A DNA stretch of 64,000 nucleotides from positions 140,616,001-140,680,000 of the forward strand of contig OX597818.1 of assembly GCA_951406725.2 (NCBI GenBank), given 5' to 3'. Shown here in pieces: positions 12,123 to 25,249 of this stretch. The DNA comes from Octopus vulgaris (taxonomy: Eukaryota). Both the position numbers and the translations under genes were made by a program. The notes under the pieces are model-generated. The model was not told where the DNA came from. It saw only the letters and a list, made by a program, of their open reading frames with translations, and ran no database searches. Each line of letters opens with the position of its first letter. Position 1 is the stretch's first letter.

Positions 12123-12938
12123 TATGAACGAATTTGTGTATCTATGTATGAACGAATTTTTGTATCTATGTATGAACGAATTTGTGTATCTATGTATGAA
12201 CGAATTTGTGTATCTATGTATGAACGAATTTTTGTATCTATGTATGAACGAATTTGTGTATCTATGTATGAAGGAATTTGTGTATCTATGTATGAACGAA
12301 TTTTTGTATCTATGTATGAACGAATTTGTGTATCTATGTATGAACGAATTTTTGTATCTATGTATGAACGAATTTGTGTATCTATGTATGAACGAATTTG
12401 TGTATCTATGTATGAACGAATTTGTGTATCTATGTATGAACGAATTTGTGTATCTATGTATGAACGAATTTGTGTATCTATGTATGAACGAATTTGTGTA
12501 TCTACGTATGAACGAATTTGTGTATCTATGTATGAACGAATTTGTGTATCTACGTATGAACGAATTTTTGTATCTATGTATGAACGAATTTGTGTATCTA
12601 CGTATGAACGAATTTGTGTATCTACGTATGAACGAATTTGTGTATCTATGTATGAACGAATTTGTGTATCTATGTATGAACGAATTTGTGTATCTATGTA
12701 TGAACGAATTTGTGTATCTATGTATGAACGAAATTGTGTATCTATGTATGAACGAATTTGTGTATCTACGTATGAACGAATTTGTGTATCTATGTATGAA
12801 CGAATTTGTGTATCTACGTATGAACGAATTTGTGTATCTACGTATGAACGAATTTGTGTATCTATGTATGAACGAATTTGTGTATCTATGTATGAACGAA
12901 TTTGTGTATCTATGTATGAACGAATTTTTGTATCTATG
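12123..12938. repeat. 24-bp minisatellite, about 34 copies
   Basis: Unit TATGAACGAATTTGTGTATCTATG with recurrent variants (TTTTTG, CTACG). Confidence 0.98.
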
Positions 12939-13667
12939 TACTTATGTGCGCATGTAGGCATGGAATAATTTTATAATTATTTCGAACAATTACAACTTTA
13001 AATTAAGTTGTATTGCTTATGACGTTAGCAAGAATACTTAGTAATAATACCGTAATCCTTTATTTAATGTTTACCGTAGCAGTGGAATAAAATAAATCTC
13101 TTTATAGAGATAAGCGAAGTTGCAGTTCTTCTTTTAGAAATGAAGAGCTTTTTAGATAACTTCAAATTAATGAATATCCTATAAAACTTCGTAAACGTTA
13201 AACAATAGCGTGATGAAGCAAGCACGTGTTATACTCACATTTAGGGGGAGAATATAGGTGGATATTCAGTCTGCTAGACATAGTAACCAGATATTAAAAA
13301 GAAGAAAGGCAGGATACACTATATCTGTAAATCGGACTGTATAGCCACATCCGAAATACCTTGACAATAAGTCTCCCGATCATGGATCAGTGTTAATTTG
13401 GAACTAAATAACAACGGTAACATCACAAAGTAAACATATAAGAAGAAAAACACACCCAAGCGCGCGCGCACGTGAGTGTGCGTGTGTGTATACATACATA
13501 CACACACGCACACATTAATATATACATGCATATATTTTTGTGTGCGCATGTGTGTGAATAGCCAAGCAACAACGTATGGTATGTTGCGGAATGCAATATA
13601 CAATAGTGTATGCAGGTCGCCCAAAGTTTATACCTAATTTTAATTGTACATAATATATTAAATTATG

Positions 13668-13915
13668 GAGGCGCGTGGCTTAGTGGTTAGGGTGTCAGCA
13701 TCATGATCGTAAGATTGTGGTTTCGATTCCTGGACCGGGCTAGTCGTTGTGTTCTTGAGCAAAACACTTCATTTCACGTTGCTCCAGTTCACTCAGCTGG
13801 CAAAAATGAGTAACGCTGCGATGGACTGGCGTCCCGTCCAGCTGGGGAGCACATACGCCATAAAAACCGGGAAACCGGGCCCATGAGCCTGGTTATGCTT
13901 TAAAAAAAGGCGCAT
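13668..13915 (+). mobile_element. SINE family C (head H1, CORE-like middle, tail T1)
   Basis: GGAGGCGCGTGGCTTAGTGGTTAGGG...GGTTTCGATTCC; tail CTGCGATGGACTGGCGTCCCGTCCAG; imperfect TSD TAATAT(A/G)TTA(A/G)ATTATG. Confidence 0.88.
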
Positions 13916-15310
13916 TTGTTATCTTTTAATATGTTAGATTATGAAATCCACAGGAAAAGAAAGGATGATCGTAGCCGCATCGCGTTTGATGATAAATATG
14001 CCAGGAACATCAATAACGTATCCACTAATCTAAGGTCTACAAGGCACCCTCTCTTATAGGATCACTGGATTTACAAGAAACAATAGCCGAATCAAAACCT
14101 TCCCATATTAAAAACGGAAATGTTCATTGAATATTTTAGCGCTAGATGTACCGTTTGAAAAGAATGAGTCGGTAGTGGCATGGCCTACACACTTTTGATT
14201 CAGTTTGCCTAATCCGAACTTATCTTGAGTAAATCAATGAAAACTAACCATTAGTTTTTCTGGTTTTTTTACCATTTTTAAGAGATAAGCTGAAAGCGTT
14301 TTGGGTGCTAATAATTACATATCTGTCCCTTATAACCAATAAAGTCTGATCGCTATGGTCTCGAGCTTCGGTTGCCTCACCAAAAGTTAATGTAAGAGAA
14401 CATTAACTGCTGAACTCGAATATATTATATTTCACACACGTATAATTTTGATAACAACACCGATATACACGCATAAAATGGTAAATCTAAGTAGCCGATG
14501 ATTATGATAGAGACACCCTTCTGCAAATGTACTATATTTTATCACAAACAAAAGTTAGATTCAATAATGTTAGTTATAGGTACACTGTATTTAACAAAAT
14601 TATGATATATTTACGGCCTGTCAGTCTGAGACGAGATGGGTTACTCAATATCAACGACAGTTCAGAGATTATAAGTGCAGACCGGAATATGGTGGCAATA
14701 CAATATAGTCTAACATCCACCAACAATACCTTACAATAACTCACTGCATGATGCTGTGCCGAGTGTAGATATCTTGATGAATCTATCATTCATCTAGAGC
14801 AATGGATCGGTGAATAACACACCGTGGCTTATCTATTTATACATTGTAGTTCCGATTTGGAAATGAAAGTAAGAGCTACACAAATGCTATACGACTAAAA
14901 TGTGATTCATTGGTAGCAAGTGATGTGAAAATATAGCTTGCGTGATTCATGCAAGTAATAGATGGGGAGATATTAATACATTTTTGCTTCACATTTTTTT
15001 TATTCTTTTACATTACACACTCGGATGTATACATTGTGAGTGACATCATCTGCTACCACAGCTACGGCTTAAATAGTCCCTAAAATGTTCAGTGAGTCCA
15101 GAAATAAGGCAAGTGCTTTCTTTTCCGTAAGAACTTTTCTCTATTATAGTTTCAGAAAGCATGAAACATAACGATTTGTTTTGTTTCTCAATCTTCAACC
15201 CTTTTTTATTTCTCTCTCTGTTTCTCCTACCCAACCACTCTCTTTTTGTATACATATATACATACATACAGAGACAGGTATATACATACATCTCTCTCTC
15301 TCTCTTCCTC

Positions 15311-15494
<184 letters not shown>

Positions 15495-16286
15495 AGAGAC
15501 AAAGTGATTTAGATATATATATGTATGTGTGCGTACATAAATATTTATGTATATATGTATGTATACGTATATATATACATATATGCATATATATGTATAT
15601 CATATATGCATATATATGTATATGAATATGCCTATCTATATGTATCAAGTTATCTCCCTTCCTCTTTCTAGCCCTTTGCATATATATATATATATATATA
15701 TATCGAGAGAGTGAGAGAGAGAGAGAGCGAGAGAGACAGAGACAGAGACAGAAGCATACGTGTAATTAAAATGACAAATACCAAAAACATTTTCAAATAT
15801 TAGGAAAAAGTTCTGTATCTTAGATGACCATCCCATCTTTGAGCGAAGTGAATAGAAATGGCTTGATTACTTAATAATGCTCTCACGTTATGTGTGAATA
15901 TTGTGCTTTTAGCCGTAATAACAGATAACAAAGAAAGTGCTATCTTCCATTAGCTATTTCTAGAAACTTCCTTCCATTTCATTCTGTCCTGTATATATGT
16001 AAATGTAAAATTCACATGACGGATGTTTAGTGAATGGACAACACGGCTTTAACACCAAAGAAATTTGCAACCACTGCCACAGGGCTAAAGCGTCCGGTGA
16101 AGAATGTATGTAATTCCTATATATATGTGTGTATGTATGTGTGTATAGGTAGATAGATAGATAGAGATACATACGTATCTATACATATATTTGCATATAT
16201 ACATGTATTTATACATGTATGTATATGTACATCTCTCTAAATATATATGTATATAAACATGTACACATATGTACGTATATCTGATA

Positions 16287-16347
<61 letters not shown>

Positions 16348-16379
16348 GTAAGTGTATATATATGTATATATATATATAA

Positions 16380-16470
<91 letters not shown>

Positions 16471-17102
16471 TAACTATACTTATATATAATTAAACGCATA
16501 TGTGTTGCATGTTTATGTATATGTGTGTATATATATACACGGACATACAAACAAAAAACACCCCTACGCATAAAATTGTGCGCATACAAACATATCCATT
16601 ATATGATTATATAATAGAAGTGTTTGTTACGCGTATTTCTTCTTTGTTTGTTTAAGTGTGTGACTGTATACATGCACGTGTGTTTGCATGAATATATGTA
16701 TAGCAATGTGCAATTGTCATTAAGCTTGAATTCTATATATGTGCGAGCATAGGCATAGAAATTGTAACTGCCATAGACTAAAAGAGAGACCGTGAGATGG
16801 ATAGGCAAAGGAAGTGAAATACGAAGCCTAGGAAAGGAAAATGAAAGGCATTGAAAGAGCTGAGAGGGAACAGGCTGAAATCTAAATCATGAATGGATAA
16901 GAAGTTAACAATAGCGTACGTTCGAAACATTGTAGCAAGGAACATATATGTTCTGGTGAAAAAGGAAACTTTTGGAAGTTTATTTGTACATATGCGCGAA
17001 TGACTCCCACATTATTTATAAATAATCAACAACTTAGCAGCAATCGATCTTAATTTTTCTTGCTTTCTCTCACATATGCTCTTCCTTTCTTGCTATCTAT
17101 AG

Positions 17103-17134
<32 letters not shown>

Positions 17135-17849
17135 ATTCTCTCTGTATATGTGTATGTGTGCGTGTGTGCATACACATACAAACATACACACAGTTTACTG
17201 TTTTATAAATAGTCCTCAACCAGATATCATTTTCTTCCCTCCACCCCTTATGTGCCATGCTATTTCGATAACATTCATATAGCCTTTTTTACGAATGAAT
17301 ATTTTTCTTATCTTGACAAAGGACAAACTGATAGAAATACCTATAATTATTTCTTTTTCGTTTAGTATTATCTATTACCATAGTATGTAAATTGTACATT
17401 TCGTTTTTGTTGTTCTTTTATCATAAATTATCAGCAGCATATCAGGCTAACGAAACTAGGAACTCCTGATTCATCGGATACTAGTTTACAATGCCAAATC
17501 TTGATTCTTTCCAATAAAATCTCAAACGATTGCGCATTCCATTTCTCTCTGGTTGCCAAAACGTACGTAGCTCTCTACTCTTATCTTTACTACAACACAT
17601 TACATATACCACTGTTTCAATGCCACAATCAGATGTTTTAACAATATGAAATATTCCGCCAATATTCAACACTATTTCTCATAATTATTGCTAATTTTTT
17701 AGCCATTTACATCCACCATCTTAATCAAAAAGCTCCATGAGTTTGTTGTTCTACCACCGGAAACTCCACAATAACCCCTGTATCCAGCGCAACTTCACGC
17801 GACGTCGAGACTGCATTTTCTTATCTAGTACTCCCTAAGACTGAGAATT

Positions 17850-18900
17850 TGCGCATTTCTCTGTCTTGTGTCCTTCACTTCATCATGTTGGCGAACATCA
17901 AGCTTTGAACAAAACAGCGATTCTTGTGCCGCATCAAGTTATGAGCATTGTTTTGCAACAGATAGTCAGAGTGTAGTAATACCGACTACTATACTGGTGA
18001 TGAGCGAATCTCATTTATTTGCCAGCTGTGTTTTAATCAGATGAGCTCTTAATATCTTCCTTAGTGTGTGAGTTCTGTTATAGAGCAATTCGATTTTGGA
18101 TGTTAGCCAAAGTGACTAAAAATCTTCTAAGTGGAATTCTTTGCACATTCCACATTCTATACCATCAATACCACGTTGGTATACATAACAAAAAGTGTGA
18201 CCTCCTTGGCACTTGAAAGTCTGAGTGAAAATATTATCACCAGCTAACTTCTCTCTTGCAAAACACAAGAACTTCTATTCTCTCTCCTTACTTCTACAGT
18301 AACCAAATTCATCACTCTTACACCATGTAACCCCCACTAAATACTTCTTCCCCAGTTTCCATAATGTCAATATTCTTTGTCACCCAGTCGGTCTCGCTTG
18401 CAACTACCGAGTAGAAATCATCTCAAAACCTAGGACACCAAGGAAAGCACACAGATTTTATATTCACCACCCGTGTCTTCAGATTCTCCTCACTATGTTT
18501 CATAAAAGCTAGTTATGCCTAAAAACTTAAGTTCCTTTATAGCATCATCATCGACGGCAACGGTGTCCTATGCCACAAATCAAAATTTTTTTCCGATCAG
18601 CCATACGTTGGAACGCAGCCGGTCCACCTTTTTCTGATACACTGAACTCTTTCTTATATTCGGTTCCTTTTCTTTTTCTTTCCCTGGACTGACCATGATA
18701 AACACGATGGACAGAAAGCATACCCACCTCTATTTTTAATTCTTAAATCATCCCTGGTCCTACGCTAGAAGTAACTGGTTGTTACATTGATGTAACCTCT
18801 TGTGGAGGTATCTTCTTAATGCGCGAAGTTCATCCTCTTCACACCATTCGCCATTTCGATCAACTTACTGTTTGTACTTTGCATATACTATACCTGCCTA
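17850..18900 (-). mobile_element. Highly decayed RTE-like LINE (endonuclease region)
   Basis: Minus-strand remnant FCKREKLAGDNIF (~18230-18270) resembles the FCxxxxLxIxNTxF motif; boundaries uncertain. Confidence 0.35.
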
Positions 18901-18984
18901 GTGGCTATGGCGAAAGAAATAGTGTGCTGTATGAGATTGAAGGGACAGAAGATAGATACTTTCCTCTTCGACCAAGCCCACATC

Positions 18985-19375
18985 GACTTTTTCAAGTTTC
19001 ACTTGTAAAGGAAAGTGGGGGTGGAGTGGAAAGTGGTGTCTCCAGTATTTTTGTTGAAAGGTGGGTAAATGTGGTGATGATGGCTCGTGTGAATGGGCGT
19101 ATTCTGGATATGCGCTTGTTGGCCGGAGGAGTTGAAAAGAAGCTAGGTGCCTGCCTGAGGTGCTCTGGGCGGTCGTGGTGACCAGGATGTGTGGGGTTAC
19201 TTGGTTGGTCCTTATAGGAATCTCTTCCTTTTGAGGAAGTTTATTGTTTAAATTTTTTGTTAACTAATTGTTATATATTCTGTACATGAATATTGTGCTT
19301 AATCCCACTTTTCCCTCGATTTTTGTCGTCCCTATTTGTTTTGTGTTCGTCCCTTGTCACCAATAAAGAAAAGAT
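18985..19375 (+). mobile_element. L1/Tx1-like LINE 3' end
   Basis: FKFHL*RKVGVE...IFVERWVNV..ARVNG is homologous to 37660-37790; ends AATAAAGAAAAG-ATTATT. Confidence 0.65.
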
Positions 19376-20385
19376 TATTTCCTTTTATCACAGGTTTTTC
19401 ATTTAACTTCTGGGGTCATAAATGCGTAGCGTGCCTGCTGTTAACAGCCTACGGTACCATGCTATCCGTTCTTTCCATTTATCTGATACTTTCCTGATCA
19501 TTCTGGCCATGCCAAGGAGACAGACCTTTTGTAATAGTTCTGCTGGGCACTCTATTCCGATTTCCTATATATTCCTTTTCATGCCTTCTGATACTGTCCC
19601 CAAAGACCCAACAATAATCAGCACTATCTTCACATACTTCATTTTCCATAGCCGGATTATCGTACTTAAGAGGGCTGCATTTATCTATTTTTTTGCTTAC
19701 CTTCTTGAATATTCGTGGGTCAAAGGGGCATGCGGCATCAACTATGTAGCACATGTGGTGCATCTTGTCGACCACCACTAGGTCCGGTCTGTTATGCTCT
19801 AGCACCCGATCTATTTGTATTGGGATATCCCAGATGATTTTGCATGTCTCCGACTCCGCCATTCTCTGCAGTTTGTGCCCGTACCACCCTTTGCTTCACT
19901 CTAGCCCCCGCTTTTCGCGCTGTTTCGGATGTAGCGCTTTTTCTATCTGAACGTGTTGCCACGACTTGAGGTGGTTTTGGGCACGTCTCGGGCATTCGTT
20001 CGTAATATGGGTAAATGGTTTTGTCCACTCTATTATAGATGCAGCTCAGTGGAGATACTTGTCCTTCCAATACGTGACCAAAGCTTGGTCTTGCGCTGCC
20101 AGTATAGTGCTCTAAATTGTTTTTTCAATGTTCCTTTATTCAACCAATCCCTCCTATGTTTTCCAGCAACTTCTGTCTACATGGACCTGATTGTGTAGTC
20201 CCTTGTTACGTAATGCTTCTTCATGTCCTTTTCGTAGTTCTTTATTTGCTTTTTCCATTTTTCGCTGCTTTTAGTACTCCCTTGTTCCTAACAGACACTA
20301 GCAAGGTTTCCTCACTTTGAACTAGGTATTCCATTAAGCTCTCGAACACAGACTTCCACTCTTATCAGTACCCTTCTTTCAATTG
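19376..20385 (-). mobile_element. R4/Dong-like non-LTR retrotransposon, 5'-truncated
   Basis: IIWDIPIQIDRVLEHNRPDLVVVDK...IVDAACPFD is a restriction-like PD-(D/E)xK endonuclease, preceded by a degenerate Zn knuckle; bounded by TAA-type repeats. Confidence 0.85.
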
Positions 20386-20404
20386 GTCACTTCATGTATG
20401 GGCG

Positions 20405-20459
20405 ATTATTATCATTATTATTATTGTTATCATATTATTATTATTATTATTATTAATAT

Positions 20460-20492
<33 letters not shown>

Positions 20493-20975
20493 CATCATCA
20501 TCATCGTCGTCGTCGTCGTCACCATCATCGCCACCATCGCCACCATCACCATCATCATCGCCACCATCGCCACCATCACCATCATCACCACCATCATCAT
20601 CACCACCACCACCACCACCACCATCATCATCACCATCATCACCACCATCATCATCACCACCACCACCACCACCATCATCACCACCATCACTATCACCATC
20701 ACCATCACCATTAGCATCACCATTAGCATCATCATTAGCATCATCATTAGCATCACCATTAGCATCACCATTAGCATCAGCATCATCATTAGCATCAGCA
20801 TCAGCATCATCATTAACATCATCATCATCATCATCATTAGCATCATCATCATCATTAGCATCATCATCATCATCATCATTAGCATCATTAGCATCATCAT
20901 CATCATTAGCATCATCACCATCATTAGCATCATCATTATCATTATTATTATTAATATTAAGATTATTATAATGAG
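20405..20975. repeat. Compound trinucleotide tract (ATT/ATC/GTC/ACC/ATTAGC)
   Basis: Directly visible; the 3-nt phase is kept throughout. Confidence 0.95.
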
Positions 20976-21325
20976 TAGTGTAGATTGGTAGAATGAAACT
21001 AAATTCGTGTGTGTGTGTGTGTGTGTACATGCGTGAACAAATATGTATATATTTACTACTATTCTGGCGCAAACATCAAAGAAAAAGACTTGGTGCATTT
21101 ATTCCGGCTCTAAAGATTCTGCTTTGGAATCGCACTTTTGCTTTTCTTCTATCTGGGATCTATAAAGAAGCCTAAGAGTCAAGTACTGAAATCGATGGAG
21201 TCAACTATTTCCATTCCCCCGAAAGATGTCGCTTTTGTGTCTAAAATACAATTAATCATTATTGTTGTGGATCATGCTGTTGTTGTTGAATTTCTTTTTA
21301 TCATTATCAATCTAAATCACATCAG

Positions 21326-21369
21326 TATTATTATTATGATTATTATTATAATTATTATTATTATTGTTA

Positions 21370-21443
<74 letters not shown>

Positions 21444-21573
21444 GTTATCATTATTATTATTATTATTATCATTATTATTATTATTATTATTATTGTTATC
21501 ATTATTATTATTGTTATCATTATTATTATTATTGTTATCATTATTATTATTATTGTTATCATTATTATTATTA

Positions 21574-21615
<42 letters not shown>

Positions 21616-21873
21616 TTATTACTTTTTTTTTCTTCTTTCAAATTTGCTTCCATTTCTTGCCGAGTGTCTTCCCGACTCCTAGGGCAAAGAAACTCATAGT
21701 ATACATTGGTAGGCCATTAAACCAAACTCAATAGTTCGTTCATTTTTTTTTTAAAGTTAAATTAAAATACATGAGCAGCAACAGTTCTCACATCGACAAT
21801 GCTCTTCTCAATACGTGTGATGTACCAGTTAAGACAATCTTTTAAGACTAATCTTTTATTATTATTATTGTTA

Positions 21874-21965
<92 letters not shown>

Positions 21966-21995
21966 GTTATTATTATTATTATTATTATTTTTATT
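21326..21995. repeat. Two (ATT)n arrays with an intervening unique or repeat fragment
   Basis: (ATT)n at 21326-21620 and 21857-21995. Confidence 0.95.
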
Positions 21996-21999
21996 ATTG

Positions 22000-22490
22000 A
22001 GTTAGAGGGCAGTGCATGCCATCAAAGTGACACCCCTCTGATAAGGGTACACTAGGCACATGAATCACAACCATGTGTGTGACATGGGGATCTCATAGCA
22101 AGATAAACAGCGCATGACCTTACAGCTGGGGCTCAGTTAGAATTTTTTTCATGTCTAGTAGCTCATCCTGCTCAAAAGGTCACAGAATAAGAGTTACCTA
22201 AGGATGTTGAACGAAACACTCATGTTTCCAAGTGTGAATTATTCAAACCCCAAAGAATTCTTCTCAACACATGGTTATGATGCTCACCCACTATTTCTGC
22301 TCGTGATCAGAGATGCATATATCGTCAGCCACTAAGGGACATGGTCAACTGGTTAAGGTCAAACAACTGACAAGCAAATCAGTGGTACTGAGCAGAATTT
22401 GTTGTAACCCATATTTTATACCAAGACAAAACAATGTACATGATAACACTTCCAATCAGTTAAGATCAGAAGCCATGAGAGCCACTGCCT
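22000..22490. mobile_element. Unclassified insertion within (ATT)n
   Basis: ~490-bp non-coding segment of higher GC, sharply bounded by (ATT)n on both sides; family not identified. Confidence 0.4.
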
Positions 22491-22493
22491 GAG

Positions 22494-22552
<59 letters not shown>

Positions 22553-22656
22553 CATCATCATCATTATTGTTGTTGTTGTTGTTGTTGTTATTATTATTAT
22601 TATTATCATTATTGTTGTTGTTGTTATTATTAATTGTCTCCCACAATTATTGGTAC

Positions 22657-23846
22657 TACTGGTTCTAATAATGGAAACACCTTAAAATTTCAAAGAAATA
22701 TATTTGAAGATGTGTTTCGACCGCCTTCGGGGGTAATTACAGGTTGAGTTCTACTAGATATGGACTCGTACAAAGTTTGAATTGTTTCCGAAGGAATTTT
22801 TGTCCATTTTTCAGCTCCAGTTCTTGTAGTGATGCTGCTGGAAGATATCAACTCCTTACTTGTTTTTCTAAAATGCACCATAAATGTTTAATGATATTGA
22901 GATCTGGGTACCGTGGTGGCAAGATAAAATGTTAAACTTCACTAGAATGTTCCTCGTAACATTCAGTAACATTTTTAGCTGTGTGAATTGGTGCATTTGC
23001 ATGATGAAAGATTCCGTTTTCCTCCGGAAGCAGTTCCGCGACCAAAGAATGAATTTGATCTGATAAAAGGTTTAAATAGTCTTGACTCTTAATTCTACCA
23101 TGAAGGGAAACCATTGGGCCGGCGGATTTCCAAGATATAGCCCTCCAGATCATCACTGATCCTTCTCTATGTTTAACTGTCGGAAGAAGACAGTCTGGTT
23201 CAAATGATCCTTTTGGCTGTCTCCACACGTATCCTTGTCCAGTCGTCGGTAATAATGTAAAGGATGACTCGTCTGAGAAAATAGCATTCTTCCACTCCTC
23301 TAGGAGCCAATTCTGTAGGTTTTTACTCCACTCTAAACGCTTTGCAACGTTTGTTTTTGAAAGTAGTGGTTTTCTGATCGCAGCCCTCTCGTGAAATCAG
23401 GCGAACAGTTTTTGTGGAAACTTGATTCTCGACGTGTCATTAAGCTCTGCAGTAATTTTAGGAGCTGTCCTTTTGTGATCCTTTCTAACAATTCACGTAA
23501 GGGTCCGATGGTCTCTATCTGAAAGTTTTGGTTTTCTTCCGGAGTTTTGTTTCGACGAAGAGGTTTTTCCCTCTCTCAAAGCTGTCATTGCTTTCGAGAC
23601 AGTACTTCATGATACACCAAACATTTCTGCTGTTTTCGTTATGCTAGCGCCTACCATACGAGCACAAACATTTGAATGAAGTTTAATTACCTTTTTCTGA
23701 TGATATCTGAAAAGAAACACCAACGTTAGCAAAACATATTAAGCGACGCTAATAATAAATCAAAATAACATAAGAATAAACAAACTTTTGACGGTTTTAT
23801 GATGCTATGATGCTAGGTGTTTCCATTATTTTGTTCAACCCCAGTA
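22657..23846 (-). mobile_element. Tc1-family transposon relic
   Basis: TIR core AATAATGGAAACACC / GGTGTTTCCATTATT; transposase motifs FSDESSF, PTVKHREGSVMIW, FHHANAPIHT, PDLNII; frameshifted. Confidence 0.92.
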
Positions 23847-23885
23847 TATATTTATATATATATATATGCATATATATATATATGC

Positions 23886-23916
<31 letters not shown>

Positions 23917-24170
23917 CATATATATATATAAGTGGTATATAGATATACATACTCACATATATAGTCACATACAATGAACATATATACACACAACCACACA
24001 GACGTGCACACACGCATGCACACTCAAACACATACACACATACGCAAACATATATATATATATATAGTGGAATCTATCTATCGCTTTCCTAACCTTCAGG
24101 ATATTAAACTGTTGCTGTATTTGCGAGTTTATTATTGTTACTGTTGTTGTTGTTCTTCTTCTTCTTCTTC

Positions 24171-24203
<33 letters not shown>

Positions 24204-24577
24204 GTATTATTATTATTATTATCATTATTATTATTATTATTACTATTAGTAGTAGTAGTAATAGTAGTAGAAGTAATTGTAGTATTAGTATTAGTCTTAG
24301 TATAATTATTATTGCTGTTGTTGTTATTGTTGTTGTTATGTTTGTTATTGTTGTTGCTCTCGTCCTCGTTGTAATTGTTATTGTTAGTTGTGGTGCGGAT
24401 GGTGCTGCGGTTCTTGTTTTGTTGTTATTACTATCAAAATTTACCATAATAATAAATACATATACACAGATATGTTCTAACTTGTATGCTTACATATTAC
24501 TCTCTCTTCACATACATATATACGCATACATATATGTGTGTGTATCTTTATGTGTGAACCTGAGTACGTATATAAAT

Positions 24578-24620
<43 letters not shown>

Positions 24621-25249
24621 GATATATGCATATGCATACAAGCAAACAGACAGCCAAACACACACTCGCACACACACACTCAGACACGCATATATATATG
24701 TACATACAACTATATATCCGCACGTTTGTATGTATGCAAGCCCCAGGAAATCAGAACGGTGCAATGTGACAATAAAGTTAATTATCAGCGTGTTACACAC
24801 CGAACCGTTCATTGCCTCTCCAACATTACGTGATAAGTGTTTATTTAGCCAGAATCTACCTTCCTTAATCAATTTATGCGCAACATTTCTCCCTCAAACA
24901 CACTGTAATCTGTAACTTCACATATAGGCATAAACACCAAGATTGTCCACAAATATTGTCATGTGTGGAGTGTCTCTTCTGTTGCCAGTTTATAAATACA
25001 TACACAAAAGTTTATTCAAAAATCCTTTACATTTATATAAGGTGTGTGGATAGCTAAATATTTATTTATGTACATATACACCCTCCACAAATACACATGG
25101 ACATATACGCACAGACATACACAGTTATACACACGTGCAGGCGTACACACTCATAATTCACGAACAAGAATTGTATTTACAGTGGTTTCAATGTATGGGC
25201 CAGCTAAACCATCATCGGACTGTGGCGTATTAAATTAATCATCGTGTTA

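Noticed and set aside
11993-12968. Long repetitive ORFs (YIDTQIRS)n and (MYERICVS)n; superficial CRISPR-like periodicity
   Set aside because: Pure tandem 24-bp minisatellite with no spacers, no cas genes and no splice context.
13668-13740. tRNA-like sequences with A and B boxes (also 30062, 48930-48998, 8210-8287)
   Set aside because: They are SINE heads continuing into SINE bodies; no complete cloverleaf could be built.
20383-21734. Poly-D/G/M/I/N/L ORFs, including a Met-rich frame that might suggest reflectin
   Set aside because: Translations of trinucleotide microsatellites; no reflectin motif.
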